From NCBI GenBank assembly GCA_964469605.1, contig CAYXZA010000001.1, positions 6,899 to 70,898 of the forward strand: a stretch of 64,000 nt of DNA, read 5' to 3'. Source of the DNA: an uncultured Candidatus Saccharibacteria bacterium (GTDB lineage Bacteria > Patescibacteriota > Minisyncoccia > Phycocordibacterales > DATDWN01). Positions within the stretch are counted from its first letter, which is position 1. Every line of letters starts with the position of its first letter. The notes under the pieces were generated by a model. That model made no database searches. It was not told where the DNA came from and saw only the letters and a program-made list of their open reading frames with translations. A program made the position numbers and the translations under genes. Shown one piece after another: positions 39,124 through 49,497 of the stretch.

Positions 39124-39945
39124 TTATTCTATTTCGTAAGTAATAGTGATATTTGATATAACTTTATTTTCACCAGTTGGAATCTCCGGAGAAATCCTAT
39201 CTGCTTTTGCAGACATCATAGCACCACCACCCATACCCTCTCCGTATCCATACATATTATCTGAACTGTCATAATAACTTGTTATTTTCTTTATTTTAAC
39301 ACCAAGATTTTTTGACAATTCTTTTGCTTTTTCTTTAGCATCTTTTATAGCCAGTTCTTTTGCTTGTTTTTTCAAAGCATCAATGTCATCTATAACAAAA
39401 GAAATTCCAGATACATTTGAAACTCCCATTTCCCCTATCTTTGCCAAAACATCACCTGATTTTTCTATTTTTCTAACTTTAACTTCAAAAGTCTGACTAA
39501 CTTCGTAACCGACAATGATAGACTTACCGTCTGTACAATTTCCCAAAGGACAAGAACCGTCAGAATTTCTAGGATTGGTTCTGTATTCATATTTTGGATA
39601 TATATTATAACCAGTTGTTTTTATATCCTTCTCTTCAATTCCAAAACCCCTTAAAGAAGCTAGGGTGTCGTTTGATTTTTTTGTAGCTTTGTCTTGTGCC
39701 TCTTTTGCAGTTTTTGCACTTTCAATCACAGAAAAAGATATAGATGCAATATCTGGTTTTACCAAAATTTCTCCTTTTCCGTTTACAGATATAACACTAC
39801 TAGGATAAACACCTTTACCTACATATTTATACTCTTTTAAAGCTGTAATAGTTTTTAAAAGAAAAAAGATAGAAACGATAATGACAAAAAAAGAAATGTA
39901 TTTTGCCACCCTATATTTTTCCAAAGAATTTACAAATGTATCCAT
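39124..39945 (-). CDS. SIMPL (DUF541) domain protein
   Basis: 'ISVNGKGEILVKPDIA', 'AIKDAKEKA..L', 'IPTGE'. Confidence 0.92.
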   Translation of the reverse strand: MDTFVNSLEKYRVAKYISFFVIIVSIFFLLKTITALKEYKYVGKGVYPSSVISVNGKGEILVKPDIASISFSVIESAKTAKEAQDKATKKSNDTLASLRGFGIEEKDIKTTGYNIYPKYEYRTNPRNSDGSCPLGNCTDGKSIIVGYEVSQTFEVKVRKIEKSGDVLAKIGEMGVSNVSGISFVIDDIDALKKQAKELAIKDAKEKAKELSKNLGVKIKKITSYYDSSDNMYGYGEGMGGGAMMSAKADRISPEIPTGENKVISNITITYEIE

Positions 39946-39976
39946 AATAAAATGTTAAACTTTTAATACTTATATA

Positions 39977-40813
39977 CTAACAAATATCAACAAGATTTTC
40001 AAAAACAGATGCAACAGTCACAGGACCAACACCTTTTGGAACAGGTGTTATAGCTGAAACAAAATCTTTTACAAGATCAAAACAAACATCTCCACATAAT
40101 CCAAAAGACCCATCATCTTTTTCAATTTTATTTATCCCAACATCAATAACAATAGGTTTTTTATTTCCTATATAACTTTTATCTATCAGATTTACCTTAC
40201 CAACAGCTGAAATAATAATATCTGCTGACAAAGAGATTTCTTTTGGATTTTTTGTTTGACTTGAAATAACAGAAACCAAACCCCCTCTCTGTGACAAAAG
40301 ACAAGCAGTTGGCTTTCCGACTAAATCTGATCTACCGAAAACAGAAATATTTTTTCCAACAACATCTATTTTATAAAAATCCAATATGGACAAAATGGCC
40401 CTTGCCGTTGCTGGAACTACTGATTTTTTACCACTATAAAGTAGTTTTTTATTCTCCTCCGTCAGACCATCGACATCTTTGGTTGGTAAAATAGAATTTA
40501 TTATTAAATCTTTGTCTAAATGATTTGGTATTGGAAGTTGAACAATAATACCATTTACAGAAGAGTCTTTGTTTAATTTAGAAACAAAATCTATTATTTC
40601 CTGATTTGTGGAATCAGAAGATAGATTGTATAAATCACAACCAAAACCAACCTCTTGACCAAATCTCTGTTTGTTTCTGACATAAATATCAGACTGGTCT
40701 GATATTGAAATATTTAATATTGCTAATTTTGGTTTAAAATCTAAAAATGATAATTTTTTCCTCAAATCACTTTTAATATATTCAACAACAGGAAGTCCGT
40801 AAAGTATCTGCAT
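39977..40813 (-). CDS. folD: Methylenetetrahydrofolate dehydrogenase/cyclohydrolase
   Basis: 'YVRNK', 'GIIVQLP', 'KDVDG', 'GRSDLVGKP', 'TPVPKGVGPVT'. Confidence 0.96.
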   Translation of the reverse strand: MQILYGLPVVEYIKSDLRKKLSFLDFKPKLAILNISISDQSDIYVRNKQRFGQEVGFGCDLYNLSSDSTNQEIIDFVSKLNKDSSVNGIIVQLPIPNHLDKDLIINSILPTKDVDGLTEENKKLLYSGKKSVVPATARAILSILDFYKIDVVGKNISVFGRSDLVGKPTACLLSQRGGLVSVISSQTKNPKEISLSADIIISAVGKVNLIDKSYIGNKKPIVIDVGINKIEKDDGSFGLCGDVCFDLVKDFVSAITPVPKGVGPVTVASVFENLVDIC

Positions 40814-40814
40814 C

Positions 40815-41318
40815 TTATTTATAAAATTTTAAAACTACATAAACACAAAGTCCACCTAAAATATATCCAAATAAAACATCTGAAAGGAAATGAAAAGAAA
40901 AGTAAAGTCTAGATACCCCTACAAAAAGAGCGGATGATAAACAGAAAGCAAAATGAAGATATCTCCTGAAAACATTTTTATCTCTTCTCATAATATGAAG
41001 TAGAAAAATAAAATAAGAAGTAGCAACAGAGCTGTGAGCACTAGGAAAACTAGGACTAAAAACATTTACACCGTTTGGTCTTTCTATGTTGAAAATATAT
41101 TTTAAAATATATGTCAAAATAACAGTTAAAAATATAGCTAGGATAAATTTTATAAAATCTTTACTATCAGATGAATATTTTTTTATCAAATATAAAGTTA
41201 AAACAAATACAATCAAAAAAGGAATAGGATTAAATAAAGTAGAAGCAAAATTAAAAGCAAAATTAAAATCTAAATTGCCAGAAAAAAAATTTAAAAAATA
41301 TTTATCAAAATTAAACAT
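40815..41318 (-). CDS. PAP2 family phosphatase
   Basis: 'K....ERP', 'SFPSAH', 'SRLY...HFLSDV'. Confidence 0.9.
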   Translation of the reverse strand: MFNFDKYFLNFFSGNLDFNFAFNFASTLFNPIPFLIVFVLTLYLIKKYSSDSKDFIKFILAIFLTVILTYILKYIFNIERPNGVNVFSPSFPSAHSSVATSYFIFLLHIMRRDKNVFRRYLHFAFCLSSALFVGVSRLYFSFHFLSDVLFGYILGGLCVYVVLKFYK

Positions 41319-41396
41319 AAAATAATATTAACATTTCCACAGATTTTAAACAAAAAAGTTGACTTTTATTGCAAATGTTATTATATTTTTTACGGT

Positions 41397-41543
41397 ATGC
41401 TAATTTCGAGAGAAAAGTTCCGGGAACTTCAAATGAAGTTCCCGAAACAAAAGTTCCTTGATGCTCCCCCACGATGGTGGGGGAGCGAAATCATGGAGGG
41501 GCGGGAAATCGCCCCTCAAAAGGAGGTGGAAGAAGAAAAATGA
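41397..41543 (+). CDS. Unannotated 48-aa hairpin-rich small ORF or sRNA
   Basis: MLISREKFRELQMKFPKQKFLDAPPRWWGSEIMEGREIAPQKEVEEEK*; upstream TTGACT(41359)-17nt-TATATT. Confidence 0.45.
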   Translation: MLISREKFRELQMKFPKQKFLDAPPRWWGSEIMEGREIAPQKEVEEEK

Positions 41544-41603
41544 CCCGAAGTGGGTCGGGGGTGTCAGACCGCAAGCGACCCCCGACCCACTTGCGGGTTT
41601 TTT
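41544..41603 (+). terminator. Long intrinsic terminator
   Basis: aagtgggtcggggg...cccccgacccactt stem followed by a U-tract. Confidence 0.75.
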
Positions 41604-41604
41604 A

Positions 41605-41750
41605 TTTTCAAACGAAGTGAGTGAAGTAAGAGAGTAGTCTTTCTTACTTCCGAGCGAGTGCAGGAAAAGATCTCTTTTCAAACGAAGTGAGCGAAGCGAA
41701 CATTCTTTGGGTCCAAGGCTCTGTCTTGGGGTTTAATACCCTTTTTATTT
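41605..41750. repeat. Family A repeat copy
   Basis: Homologous to 9573-9732; internal duplication of 'ttttcaaacgaagtgag'. Confidence 0.75.
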
Positions 41751-41760
41751 TTTTAATTTT

Positions 41761-42624
41761 CTAAAAAGAAACAATGGAGAAAATACCAGAAGAAAGATAA
41801 GCCTCCTCTTCTTGTTGTTTTATAGATAGTTCACCAGAAGAAATATTTTTCTTTTCCTCAAAAACTTTTTGAAGTAAATTTTGGTAAGTTAAAAATGAAT
41901 AATTTGTTCCATAACCAGACAGAAGCAAAAAAATCTTATTTTTTGATAAAATTTTTTTACAAGAAATCAAAAGTTTTAACAAATCATCTTCAAGTATCCA
42001 TTTTTTACCACTTGATGTCTTTCCATAAGGTGGCGGATCAAGCAATATAGCATCATAAACATTTCCCCTTTTAGATTCTTTTTCTACAAACTTTAAAGCA
42101 TCATCTAGCAAAAACCTGACACTGCCACTGAAGCTATTTATAGATTTATTTTGGTTTGCCCAAAGTATTGCCTGTTTTGAAGAATCAACACACAAAACAT
42201 CCGCTCCTTTTTTTGCCAAATACAAAGCAGATGCTCCAGTGTAACTAAAAAGATTTAAAACCTTGATTTGTTTGTTTGGATTTATTTTTTTAGACTGATC
42301 TATCAAATCCCCCATCTTTCTCCATAAAATGGCTTGTTCTGGAAAAAGACCCGTGTGTTTAAAATTATTTATTTTCAAAATAAGATTTAGATTTTCAAAA
42401 ATAATCTTCCATTCTTTAATGTCTTTTTTAAAAACCCATTTAAAACCCTTTGTAGTTTTTTTAAAATATAGATCATAATTTTCCCAAAGTAAAGGAAAAG
42501 ATTTTGGCCAAATAGATTGAGGGTCCGGTCTTCTAAGTATAACCCCAGCAAAATCTTCAAGTTTTTCACCATCTCCACAATCAATAAGTTTATATGAATC
42601 TGTATTTTTTAAAGAAAAATCCAT
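41761..42624 (-). CDS. Class I SAM-dependent methyltransferase (RlmI/RlmK-like)
   Basis: 'HTGLFPEQ', 'VLNLFSYTG', 'LLDPPPYG'. Confidence 0.88.
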   Translation of the reverse strand: MDFSLKNTDSYKLIDCGDGEKLEDFAGVILRRPDPQSIWPKSFPLLWENYDLYFKKTTKGFKWVFKKDIKEWKIIFENLNLILKINNFKHTGLFPEQAILWRKMGDLIDQSKKINPNKQIKVLNLFSYTGASALYLAKKGADVLCVDSSKQAILWANQNKSINSFSGSVRFLLDDALKFVEKESKRGNVYDAILLDPPPYGKTSSGKKWILEDDLLKLLISCKKILSKNKIFLLLSGYGTNYSFLTYQNLLQKVFEEKKNISSGELSIKQQEEEAYLSSGIFSIVSF

Positions 42625-42657
42625 AACTATATTTATAACATTAAAAACAAAAAACCA

Positions 42658-42921
42658 CTACATAAAAAGTGGCCTGTATTTTATAAAAAACAACAAAATA
42701 ATATTTTTCAATTTATGAAAATAAAAATATATTTTTTTGACATATAAAATGTTTGTATATTCAACAAAAGATCCAGGGAAACTTAATTTCATTCTTTTTT
42801 TATGATCAAATACCGCTGAAAAAAATCCAATTACTCTAAGTAAAACCCATACAACAAAACAGAAAGGTTTTGAAATAATACAAATAATATCTTGATCAAA
42901 AATTGATTCTTTTTCTTTCAT
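42658..42921 (-). CDS. Hypothetical protein
   Basis: 87-aa ORF co-oriented with its neighbours. Confidence 0.3.
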   Translation of the reverse strand: MKEKESIFDQDIICIISKPFCFVVWVLLRVIGFFSAVFDHKKRMKLSFPGSFVEYTNILYVKKIYFYFHKLKNIILLFFIKYRPLFM

Positions 42922-42941
42922 CTAAAAGAATAATACCTATC

Positions 42942-44006
42942 TTATGGTATAAAATCAACACTGTTGTTGTTCAATAAACTAGATTTATATATACCAACAA
43001 ATGCAACAAGAAGACTTACTATAACTGGCCCAAATATAAAACCTTCTGGCCCAAAAAGAGCTATTCCACCTAAAACTGAAAATAGGATCAAGAGAGAGTG
43101 TATTTTTGTTCTAGATCTAATAATATAAGGATTTAAAAAGTTATCTATACTACCAACCAATATAGCCCCCCATAGCAAAAGTCCTAGTGCATAAGGTGTA
43201 TTTCCAACAAATAACAAATATATAACAGAAGGAACAATAACAATACTTGTTCCAAGACCAGGAACAACAGCACAAACAGCAGATACAGCACCCCAAAGTG
43301 AAGCATTTGGAATACCAAAAATATATAATCCTAAGCCAACTAAAAAACCCTGAACAACAGATATAATCAAAGTGCCTTTTATTACAGAATTTACAGTATT
43401 TGATATTTTTACGATAATTTCTCTATCATAACTATCTCTCATAGGAGATAGTTTTACCATCTCTTCTATAAAAGACTTACCATCTCGTATAAAAAAGAAA
43501 GTTGCCACTAAAAACAAAACTAAATCTATAACAATAGTTAATGTTCCAAAAACAATATCAGTAAAATTATTTGTCATAAAAGAAAAAAATGTTTCTGCAT
43601 AAGACTGTGTGTTTATTGTAAAGTCTGGAAATATTTTTTGTATAATATTTTCAACAGTAAAAACCAAAACATCAACTTCGTTTACATTATTATTTGCCAG
43701 ATTGTCATATATATCCCTAGCTTGAAAAAAAGCTTGTTTACCAAGAAAAATAAGTGGAGCTAGTATAAAAATCACAAACAAGATAATCGTAACAAAAGCT
43801 GAAAGTGATTTATTTGAGAAAAATTTAGATAAGATAAATTTGTTTAGAGGATACAGAAAAACAGAAAAAGTTATGGCTAAAAATAAAATACTTATAAATG
43901 GTTTGAAAAGAAAATAGTTTAAAACTATCACACCAAAAAACAATCCGAAAAAAAATATTGTTTCTTTTTTTTGTATATTTTGATTATTCATATTTTTATA
44001 AAGCAC
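42942..44006 (-). CDS. AI-2E family transporter
   Basis: 'FFFIRDG', 'VPGLGT', 'DNFLNP', 'GFIFGP'. Confidence 0.9.
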   Translation of the reverse strand: MLYKNMNNQNIQKKETIFFFGLFFGVIVLNYFLFKPFISILFLAITFSVFLYPLNKFILSKFFSNKSLSAFVTIILFVIFILAPLIFLGKQAFFQARDIYDNLANNNVNEVDVLVFTVENIIQKIFPDFTINTQSYAETFFSFMTNNFTDIVFGTLTIVIDLVLFLVATFFFIRDGKSFIEEMVKLSPMRDSYDREIIVKISNTVNSVIKGTLIISVVQGFLVGLGLYIFGIPNASLWGAVSAVCAVVPGLGTSIVIVPSVIYLLFVGNTPYALGLLLWGAILVGSIDNFLNPYIIRSRTKIHSLLILFSVLGGIALFGPEGFIFGPVIVSLLVAFVGIYKSSLLNNNSVDFIP

Positions 44007-44553
44007 CTGATACTAGTGCAACAAGTAAAACACCTATAAAATTCATAATAAACGATATTAAAGCTAAATTTACTGATCGGATCTTTGAAATACCCAAAAG
44101 AGTAATACCTAACTCATCTGGAAGAGGTGAAGCTATAATAAAAGCCCCAAGTAGAGGTGATAACCATCTAAAAAAACCTTTTCTGAAAAAATGTAATATT
44201 TTTCTAGCTTTACTTAATTTTAAAACCTCCATAATATCATCAGCAAATCTGTCTCTTATAAAAAGAAATATAATCATATCCCCTATTACAGCACCTATCG
44301 CACCCCAAAAAGCAACTATAAAAGGCGATGTTGTTTTAGCTATTTCAGCCAAAGATATAGAAGCAGGAGCAATGGTAAAAGCAGATGTAAAAAATATTCC
44401 AGAAACAAAACTACCGATTATCTTTGCCTCCTCTGTAATAGCAAAAAAATTTGCAAGAACACCGAGCTTAACAAGCAAAACAGCAAAAACAACACTGATT
44501 GCCACAAAAAACAAATCTCTTTGTAGGTTTCTATAAACTTCAATCTTTCTCAT
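43996..44553 (-). CDS. Integral membrane protein
   Basis: Several TMs; 'IIASPLPDELG'. Confidence 0.7.
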   Translation of the reverse strand: MRKIEVYRNLQRDLFFVAISVVFAVLLVKLGVLANFFAITEEAKIIGSFVSGIFFTSAFTIAPASISLAEIAKTTSPFIVAFWGAIGAVIGDMIIFLFIRDRFADDIMEVLKLSKARKILHFFRKGFFRWLSPLLGAFIIASPLPDELGITLLGISKIRSVNLALISFIMNFIGVLLVALVSGAL

Positions 44554-44700
44554 TATTATAAATATAACATTTACTTTGAAAATATAAAAAACTTATTAAC
44601 ATAAAATATTTTTTATATTTTCTAAACCCTTTCTCCTATTTGCTCTCTCCACATAGCATAATACAAACCTTTATCTTCCAAAAGACTTTTATGATCACTA

Positions 44701-44768
44701 AATAAAAGGTTAAACCCCAGAGTAGAGCCCTAGACACAAAGGGTGTTCGCCTTGCTCACGGTTTATCT
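44701..44768. repeat. Family A repeat, inverted partial copy
   Basis: Reverse complement of the 9661-9730 module. Confidence 0.75.
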
Positions 44769-45268
44769 TAAATACTTAAATTAAATAAATCTAAAATATA
44801 TTTAGCAAAAGGATCTGCAGATGTTCCATATACAATAACACCCCCTAAAACACCTGTTAAAAATATTAAAATAAAACCTAAAATAGCAAATGTTTTAGTT
44901 AAAAATTGTCTTTCTGATAATTTTGAGAAAAATAATAAAAATTTTCCAAACTTCAAATTAAAATATGATTTTGTATTTAAGAAACTGCAAAATTCCAAAA
45001 ACCCAAGAAAGACAAAAACGAAAGTTGAAAGAGATGCAAAAAGAGAGTGTATTTCTATAATATTTCTATTTTTCCTTACAATATGCTCTGCAATCTCCCC
45101 TGTGTTTAAAGAAGCAAATGCACCCAAAATACCAAAAAATAAAAGAGTTCTTTCTATACTTTTCCTATTTTGAGCAAAAAATCTAGCGGGTAAAATTTTT
45201 ATTAAAGAATAAAGCGAAAGAAAAGCTATTGGAAAATGAACAAAAATCGGATGAATATTGTATTGCAT
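44768..45268 (-). CDS. DUF2231-like membrane protein
   Basis: 'IHPIFVHFPIA', 'TGEIA', 'LGGVIVYG'. Confidence 0.8.
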   Translation of the reverse strand: MQYNIHPIFVHFPIAFLSLYSLIKILPARFFAQNRKSIERTLLFFGILGAFASLNTGEIAEHIVRKNRNIIEIHSLFASLSTFVFVFLGFLEFCSFLNTKSYFNLKFGKFLLFFSKLSERQFLTKTFAILGFILIFLTGVLGGVIVYGTSADPFAKYILDLFNLSI

Positions 45269-45291
45269 ATTATATATTAAAATTTTAATTG

Positions 45292-45364
45292 GGTGACCAG
45301 AGGGAATCGAACCCTCATTATCGGCTCCACAAACCGAAGTCCTAACCGTTGAACGATGGCCACC
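45292..45364 (-). tRNA. tRNA-His(GTG)
   Basis: Cloverleaf with G-1, loop TTGTGGA, T-arm GGTTCGATTCC, C discriminator. Confidence 0.95.
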
Positions 45365-45448
45365 ATAGCCATTTATTTAAAAATGGTTAAATAATTTATA
45401 TCAGAAAAATTGCTAAAAATCTAGTTTTTTCATATAATAACCGGAAAT

Positions 45449-46717
45449 ATGAATACTAAAATAAATTTTGATCCCTATGACTTTTCGCAAACAGAAATAT
45501 CATCTGTTCCTGTTTATTACAAAAATCTTCCTTGGGCAAATTGTATTTTTATTAGAATAGTTTTCAAAGTAGGTGCACTAGACGATCCTATTGGTAAAGA
45601 AGGTTTGGCTCATTTTTTAGAACACATGATGTTTGACGGATCAGAAAGTTTTCCTGATAGAAAATCCATAGTTGAATGGAAAAAAAATATGACACTAAAC
45701 ACTTTCAATGCTTCAACTGGTTTACGGAGAACAGAGTATAACTTAAAATGTATTCCTGAAAATTTTGAGAAAGTAATGACCGATTTAAACAATATAATCT
45801 GGAAACCATTTTTAAAAGAAGAATTTGTGGAAAGTGAAAGACAGGTTATCACCCAAGAATGTTGGCAAAGATATAAAAATGAAAAATTTTTAGCACACCT
45901 AAAAGAAGTGCAAAATATTGTATACCCAAATACAAGATATGGAAAAATAATAATAGCATTTGGTTTTCCAGATACAATATCATCTATATCAAAACAAAAC
46001 TTGAAAGATTTTTATGAAAATAAATATGTAAAAGAAAATATGTTTATTATCTTGACTGGAAAAATAGATGAAGAAAATATAAAGCATCTAAATCTATTTT
46101 TTAAAGATTCAAAAAGTGGTGTGAAAAATAATAGAAATGCAGAGAATATAACAAAACCATCACAAAATAGAATTGAAAAATCATCAAAAGACATAGGCAA
46201 CCCACAAAAACAAACTGAAATATTAAAAATTTTTTATTCAAAACCTTTTGAAAAAAATACCAGCAAGATTTTAATCTGGAGAAATTTGATATATGAAATA
46301 CTTATGGAAAAAATGAGATATGAAAAAAACCTGTGTTATTCATTGTCTTTAAACTATAATGAAACTTCTGAAATGTCATCTTTTTATTTTTTATTAAAAA
46401 CAGATACAAAAAACATAAAAATAGTTGAGGATGAATTTCAATCCATAATCACAGATATTTATAACGGAAAATATGAAGATAAATTTGCAACACAAAAAAG
46501 AATTTATCTAGAAAGAATAATTACAAGTGAGAGACTTTCTGATGACATAGCAGATGATGCACTGAATGATGTATTGTATTTTGGCAAAATAAAACATCTT
46601 CGAGAAACTATAGAAGATGCTTTAAAAGTAGAATTTTCTGATATGCAAGAAATTTCGAAAAAAATCTTTACCAAGGATAGGACTTTTACCAAAATAACAC
46701 TTTCAGAAAATGACTGA
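45449..46717 (+). CDS. M16 family zinc peptidase
   Basis: 'GLAHFLEHM', 'FNAST'. Confidence 0.88.
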   Translation: MNTKINFDPYDFSQTEISSVPVYYKNLPWANCIFIRIVFKVGALDDPIGKEGLAHFLEHMMFDGSESFPDRKSIVEWKKNMTLNTFNASTGLRRTEYNLKCIPENFEKVMTDLNNIIWKPFLKEEFVESERQVITQECWQRYKNEKFLAHLKEVQNIVYPNTRYGKIIIAFGFPDTISSISKQNLKDFYENKYVKENMFIILTGKIDEENIKHLNLFFKDSKSGVKNNRNAENITKPSQNRIEKSSKDIGNPQKQTEILKIFYSKPFEKNTSKILIWRNLIYEILMEKMRYEKNLCYSLSLNYNETSEMSSFYFLLKTDTKNIKIVEDEFQSIITDIYNGKYEDKFATQKRIYLERIITSERLSDDIADDALNDVLYFGKIKHLRETIEDALKVEFSDMQEISKKIFTKDRTFTKITLSEND

Positions 46718-46722
46718 TTTTA

Positions 46723-46872
46723 TTTTCAAACGAAGTGAGCGAAATAAGAAAGTACTCTTTCTTATTTCCGAGCATAGTGTAGAAAACAAAATACTCCATA
46801 GTTTTATTATGGAGTATTTTATAATCTTAATTTATATCATTTAAGGTCAAAAGCTCTGTCCAAGGTTTAATA
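46723..46872. repeat. Family A repeat copy
   Basis: Homologous to 9573-9650 and to the terminal 'gctctg..ggtttaa' module. Confidence 0.75.
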
Positions 46873-46878
46873 CATCTC

Positions 46879-49497
46879 TTATTTATTTCCACAAGTTATA
46901 TAACTAATCTTTCCTCTTGTTATAGATCCAACAAAACCAGTTGGAGATATACCATTATCACTTTGAAATCTTTTTACAGCTTGAAATGTTAATATTCCAA
47001 AATAACCAGTTGGTTCTGAATTCAAATAACCTTTAAACTGCAAGAAATCTTGTAAAGCAGAAACTTCTTGGTTTGTTGTAATATCTTTTGATCTGTATCT
47101 AAGATTATTTTGTAAGTTCAAACAAGAACCAGCAGATTGATCCTGTGTATCCACATCACCAACAACAGGGTCATGTTGATTTACAGTTGGAGTTGTTGAT
47201 GGTGTTTGTACAGTAAGTATATTAGCTGAACTTAAAACAGTTAAATAAACTGCACTACTAATAGCTGAACCTTCACCTACTTGAATAGAATGTGATCCAA
47301 TGGAAATGTTTGATGGAACTGTAAATGTTATAGAGGTTGGAGATATAAAACTTGTATTAGACTTAATTGAATTACCATCAATAGAAACATAAGTGTTGTA
47401 GTTAAAATTTGTCCCAGAAACAGTAACTTGACCACCTTGTAAAGCATACATTGGACTTATTGATGAGATTGTTGGAGCTTTTAGGAAATTATCATTTATA
47501 CCTGAAAAATTAGATGAGAGAGTTTCAACAATATTTATAGTAAAGAAATTACTAAGAGGACCAGAACCTTCAACCACTTGAACAGTATGTGATCCAAAAG
47601 AAATATTTGGTGGAAGTATGAATTTAAGAGAAGTCTTTGAAACAACATCAAAAGTTGGCTTGATTACATATCTTCCATTATCAATATAGACATAAGTTTT
47701 ATCACTAAAATTTGTTCCAGAAACATAAACAGTAGATCCTTGTAAAATATTAGATGTTGGACTTATTGAAGATATTGTTGGATTTTGTGAAGCTGAAACA
47801 ACAGTTAAATAAACTGGGTTGCTAAGGGGAAGACCAGATCCTGTCTCACCTACTTGTATAGTATGTGATCCAACAGAAAGATTTGATGGAACTGAAAATG
47901 TTATAGCAGTTGGAGATATAGAATTAGGTGTAATTGTCTGACTTCCATTATTTACAGATATGTAAGTTTTGTTGGTAAAGTTTGTTCCGTAAATATGAAC
48001 TGAACCACCTACAAAAGCTGATGTTGGAGACATTGATGAGATTGTTGGATTTTGTGATGAAACAACATTTAAATTAACCGCATTGCTAAGTGGAAAATTA
48101 GATGCTTTTTCACTAACTTGAACAGTATGAGTACCCATACTAATATTTGATGGAACTACAAAACTAATTGATGTGTCAGAAATCAAAGTTGGAGTAATTG
48201 TTTGTCCGTATGCTCCATCTAAAGCAACAAAAATACCTTGATTGAAATTTGTTCCGTAGATATAAACTAAACTGCCCGGTAAAGCTGATGTTGGAGACAT
48301 TGAAGATATTGTTGGAGGTTGAGGTGAGACAACATTTAAATTAACTATGTTACTAAATGGAAGCACAGATGACAAAACACCAACACTAACAGTATGTGAT
48401 CCAACAGAAAGGTTTGATGGAACTGTAAATTTAAGAGTAGTTGGAGATATAAAATTAGGTGTAATTCTTTGACCGTTACTATCAAAAGCAACGACAGTAT
48501 TATTGGTAAAATTTGTTCCGTAGATATAAACTTCATTTCCTAATAAAACCGATGTTGGACTTATTGAAGATATTGTTGGATTTTGTGAAGCTGAAACAAC
48601 AGTTAAATAAACTGGGTTGCTAAGGGGAAGACCAGATCCTGTCTCACCTACTTGTATAGTATGTGATCCAACAGAAAGATTTGATGGAACTGAAAATGTT
48701 ATAGCAGTTGGAGATATAGAATTAGGTGTAATTGTCTGACTTCCATTATTTACAGATATGTAAGTTTTGTTGGTAAAGTTTGTTCCGTAAATATGAACTG
48801 AACCACCTACAAAAGCTGATGTTGGAGACATTGATGAGATTGTTGGATTTTGTGATGAAACAACATTTAAATTAACCGCATTGCTAAGTGGAAAATTAGA
48901 TGCTTTTTCACTAACTTGAACAGTATGAGTACCCATACTAATATTTGATGGAACTACAAAACTAATTGATGTGTCAGAAATCAAAGTTGGAGTAATTGTT
49001 TGTCCGTATGCTCCATCTAAAGCAACAAAAATACCTTGATTGAAATTTGTTCCGTAGATATAAACTAAACTGCCCGGTAAAGCTGATGTTGGAGACATTG
49101 AAGATATTGTTGGAGGTTGAGGGGTTGTAGTATTTCCAATTGAAAAGACTCCACTTATAGCACCAGTTTGAGATGGTCCTTGAAAATTTACAGTATAAGA
49201 ACCAGCTGGAATATCTGTTGGAACTGTCCAATTAAATTGAGAACTACTTGTATTTATTGAACCTAAATATTTTGGACCATTTACACCAAGACTACGACCA
49301 TAAAGATAAATTGAATAGCCACTTATTGGATTAAAAGAAGAGTCAAAATCCCAACCAGACCACTTGAAACTATATGTCTGTCCTGAAACAAGATTCTCTC
49401 CCCCAGTTGGATATAAAATAGTAAAAGGGCCACCGCCAGCATAGACTGATCCGGAAAACAAAAAACTGAAAATAAAAATGCCTAGTATTTTTTTCAT
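46879..49497 (-). CDS. Secreted surface protein with about seven IPT/TIG repeats and a C-terminal PG-binding domain
   Basis: Signal peptide; repeated 'PTISSxSPT...VxIYGTNF'; C-term 'LQDFL...TGYFG..T..AVKRFQ..NGI..TGFVG'. Confidence 0.88.
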   Translation of the reverse strand: MKKILGIFIFSFLFSGSVYAGGGPFTILYPTGGENLVSGQTYSFKWSGWDFDSSFNPISGYSIYLYGRSLGVNGPKYLGSINTSSSQFNWTVPTDIPAGSYTVNFQGPSQTGAISGVFSIGNTTTPQPPTISSMSPTSALPGSLVYIYGTNFNQGIFVALDGAYGQTITPTLISDTSISFVVPSNISMGTHTVQVSEKASNFPLSNAVNLNVVSSQNPTISSMSPTSAFVGGSVHIYGTNFTNKTYISVNNGSQTITPNSISPTAITFSVPSNLSVGSHTIQVGETGSGLPLSNPVYLTVVSASQNPTISSISPTSVLLGNEVYIYGTNFTNNTVVAFDSNGQRITPNFISPTTLKFTVPSNLSVGSHTVSVGVLSSVLPFSNIVNLNVVSPQPPTISSMSPTSALPGSLVYIYGTNFNQGIFVALDGAYGQTITPTLISDTSISFVVPSNISMGTHTVQVSEKASNFPLSNAVNLNVVSSQNPTISSMSPTSAFVGGSVHIYGTNFTNKTYISVNNGSQTITPNSISPTAITFSVPSNLSVGSHTIQVGETGSGLPLSNPVYLTVVSASQNPTISSISPTSNILQGSTVYVSGTNFSDKTYVYIDNGRYVIKPTFDVVSKTSLKFILPPNISFGSHTVQVVEGSGPLSNFFTINIVETLSSNFSGINDNFLKAPTISSISPMYALQGGQVTVSGTNFNYNTYVSIDGNSIKSNTSFISPTSITFTVPSNISIGSHSIQVGEGSAISSAVYLTVLSSANILTVQTPSTTPTVNQHDPVVGDVDTQDQSAGSCLNLQNNLRYRSKDITTNQEVSALQDFLQFKGYLNSEPTGYFGILTFQAVKRFQSDNGISPTGFVGSITRGKISYITCGNK
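47753..49122. repeat. Two apparently identical 572-nt direct repeats (47753-48324, 48551-49122)
   Basis: Offset 798 nt; identical translation. Confidence 0.9.

Noticed and set aside
41400-41681. Minus-strand 93-aa ORF (also 9508-9723)
   Set aside because: Runs through a dispersed repeat and terminator; promoter and terminator orientation favour the plus-strand unit
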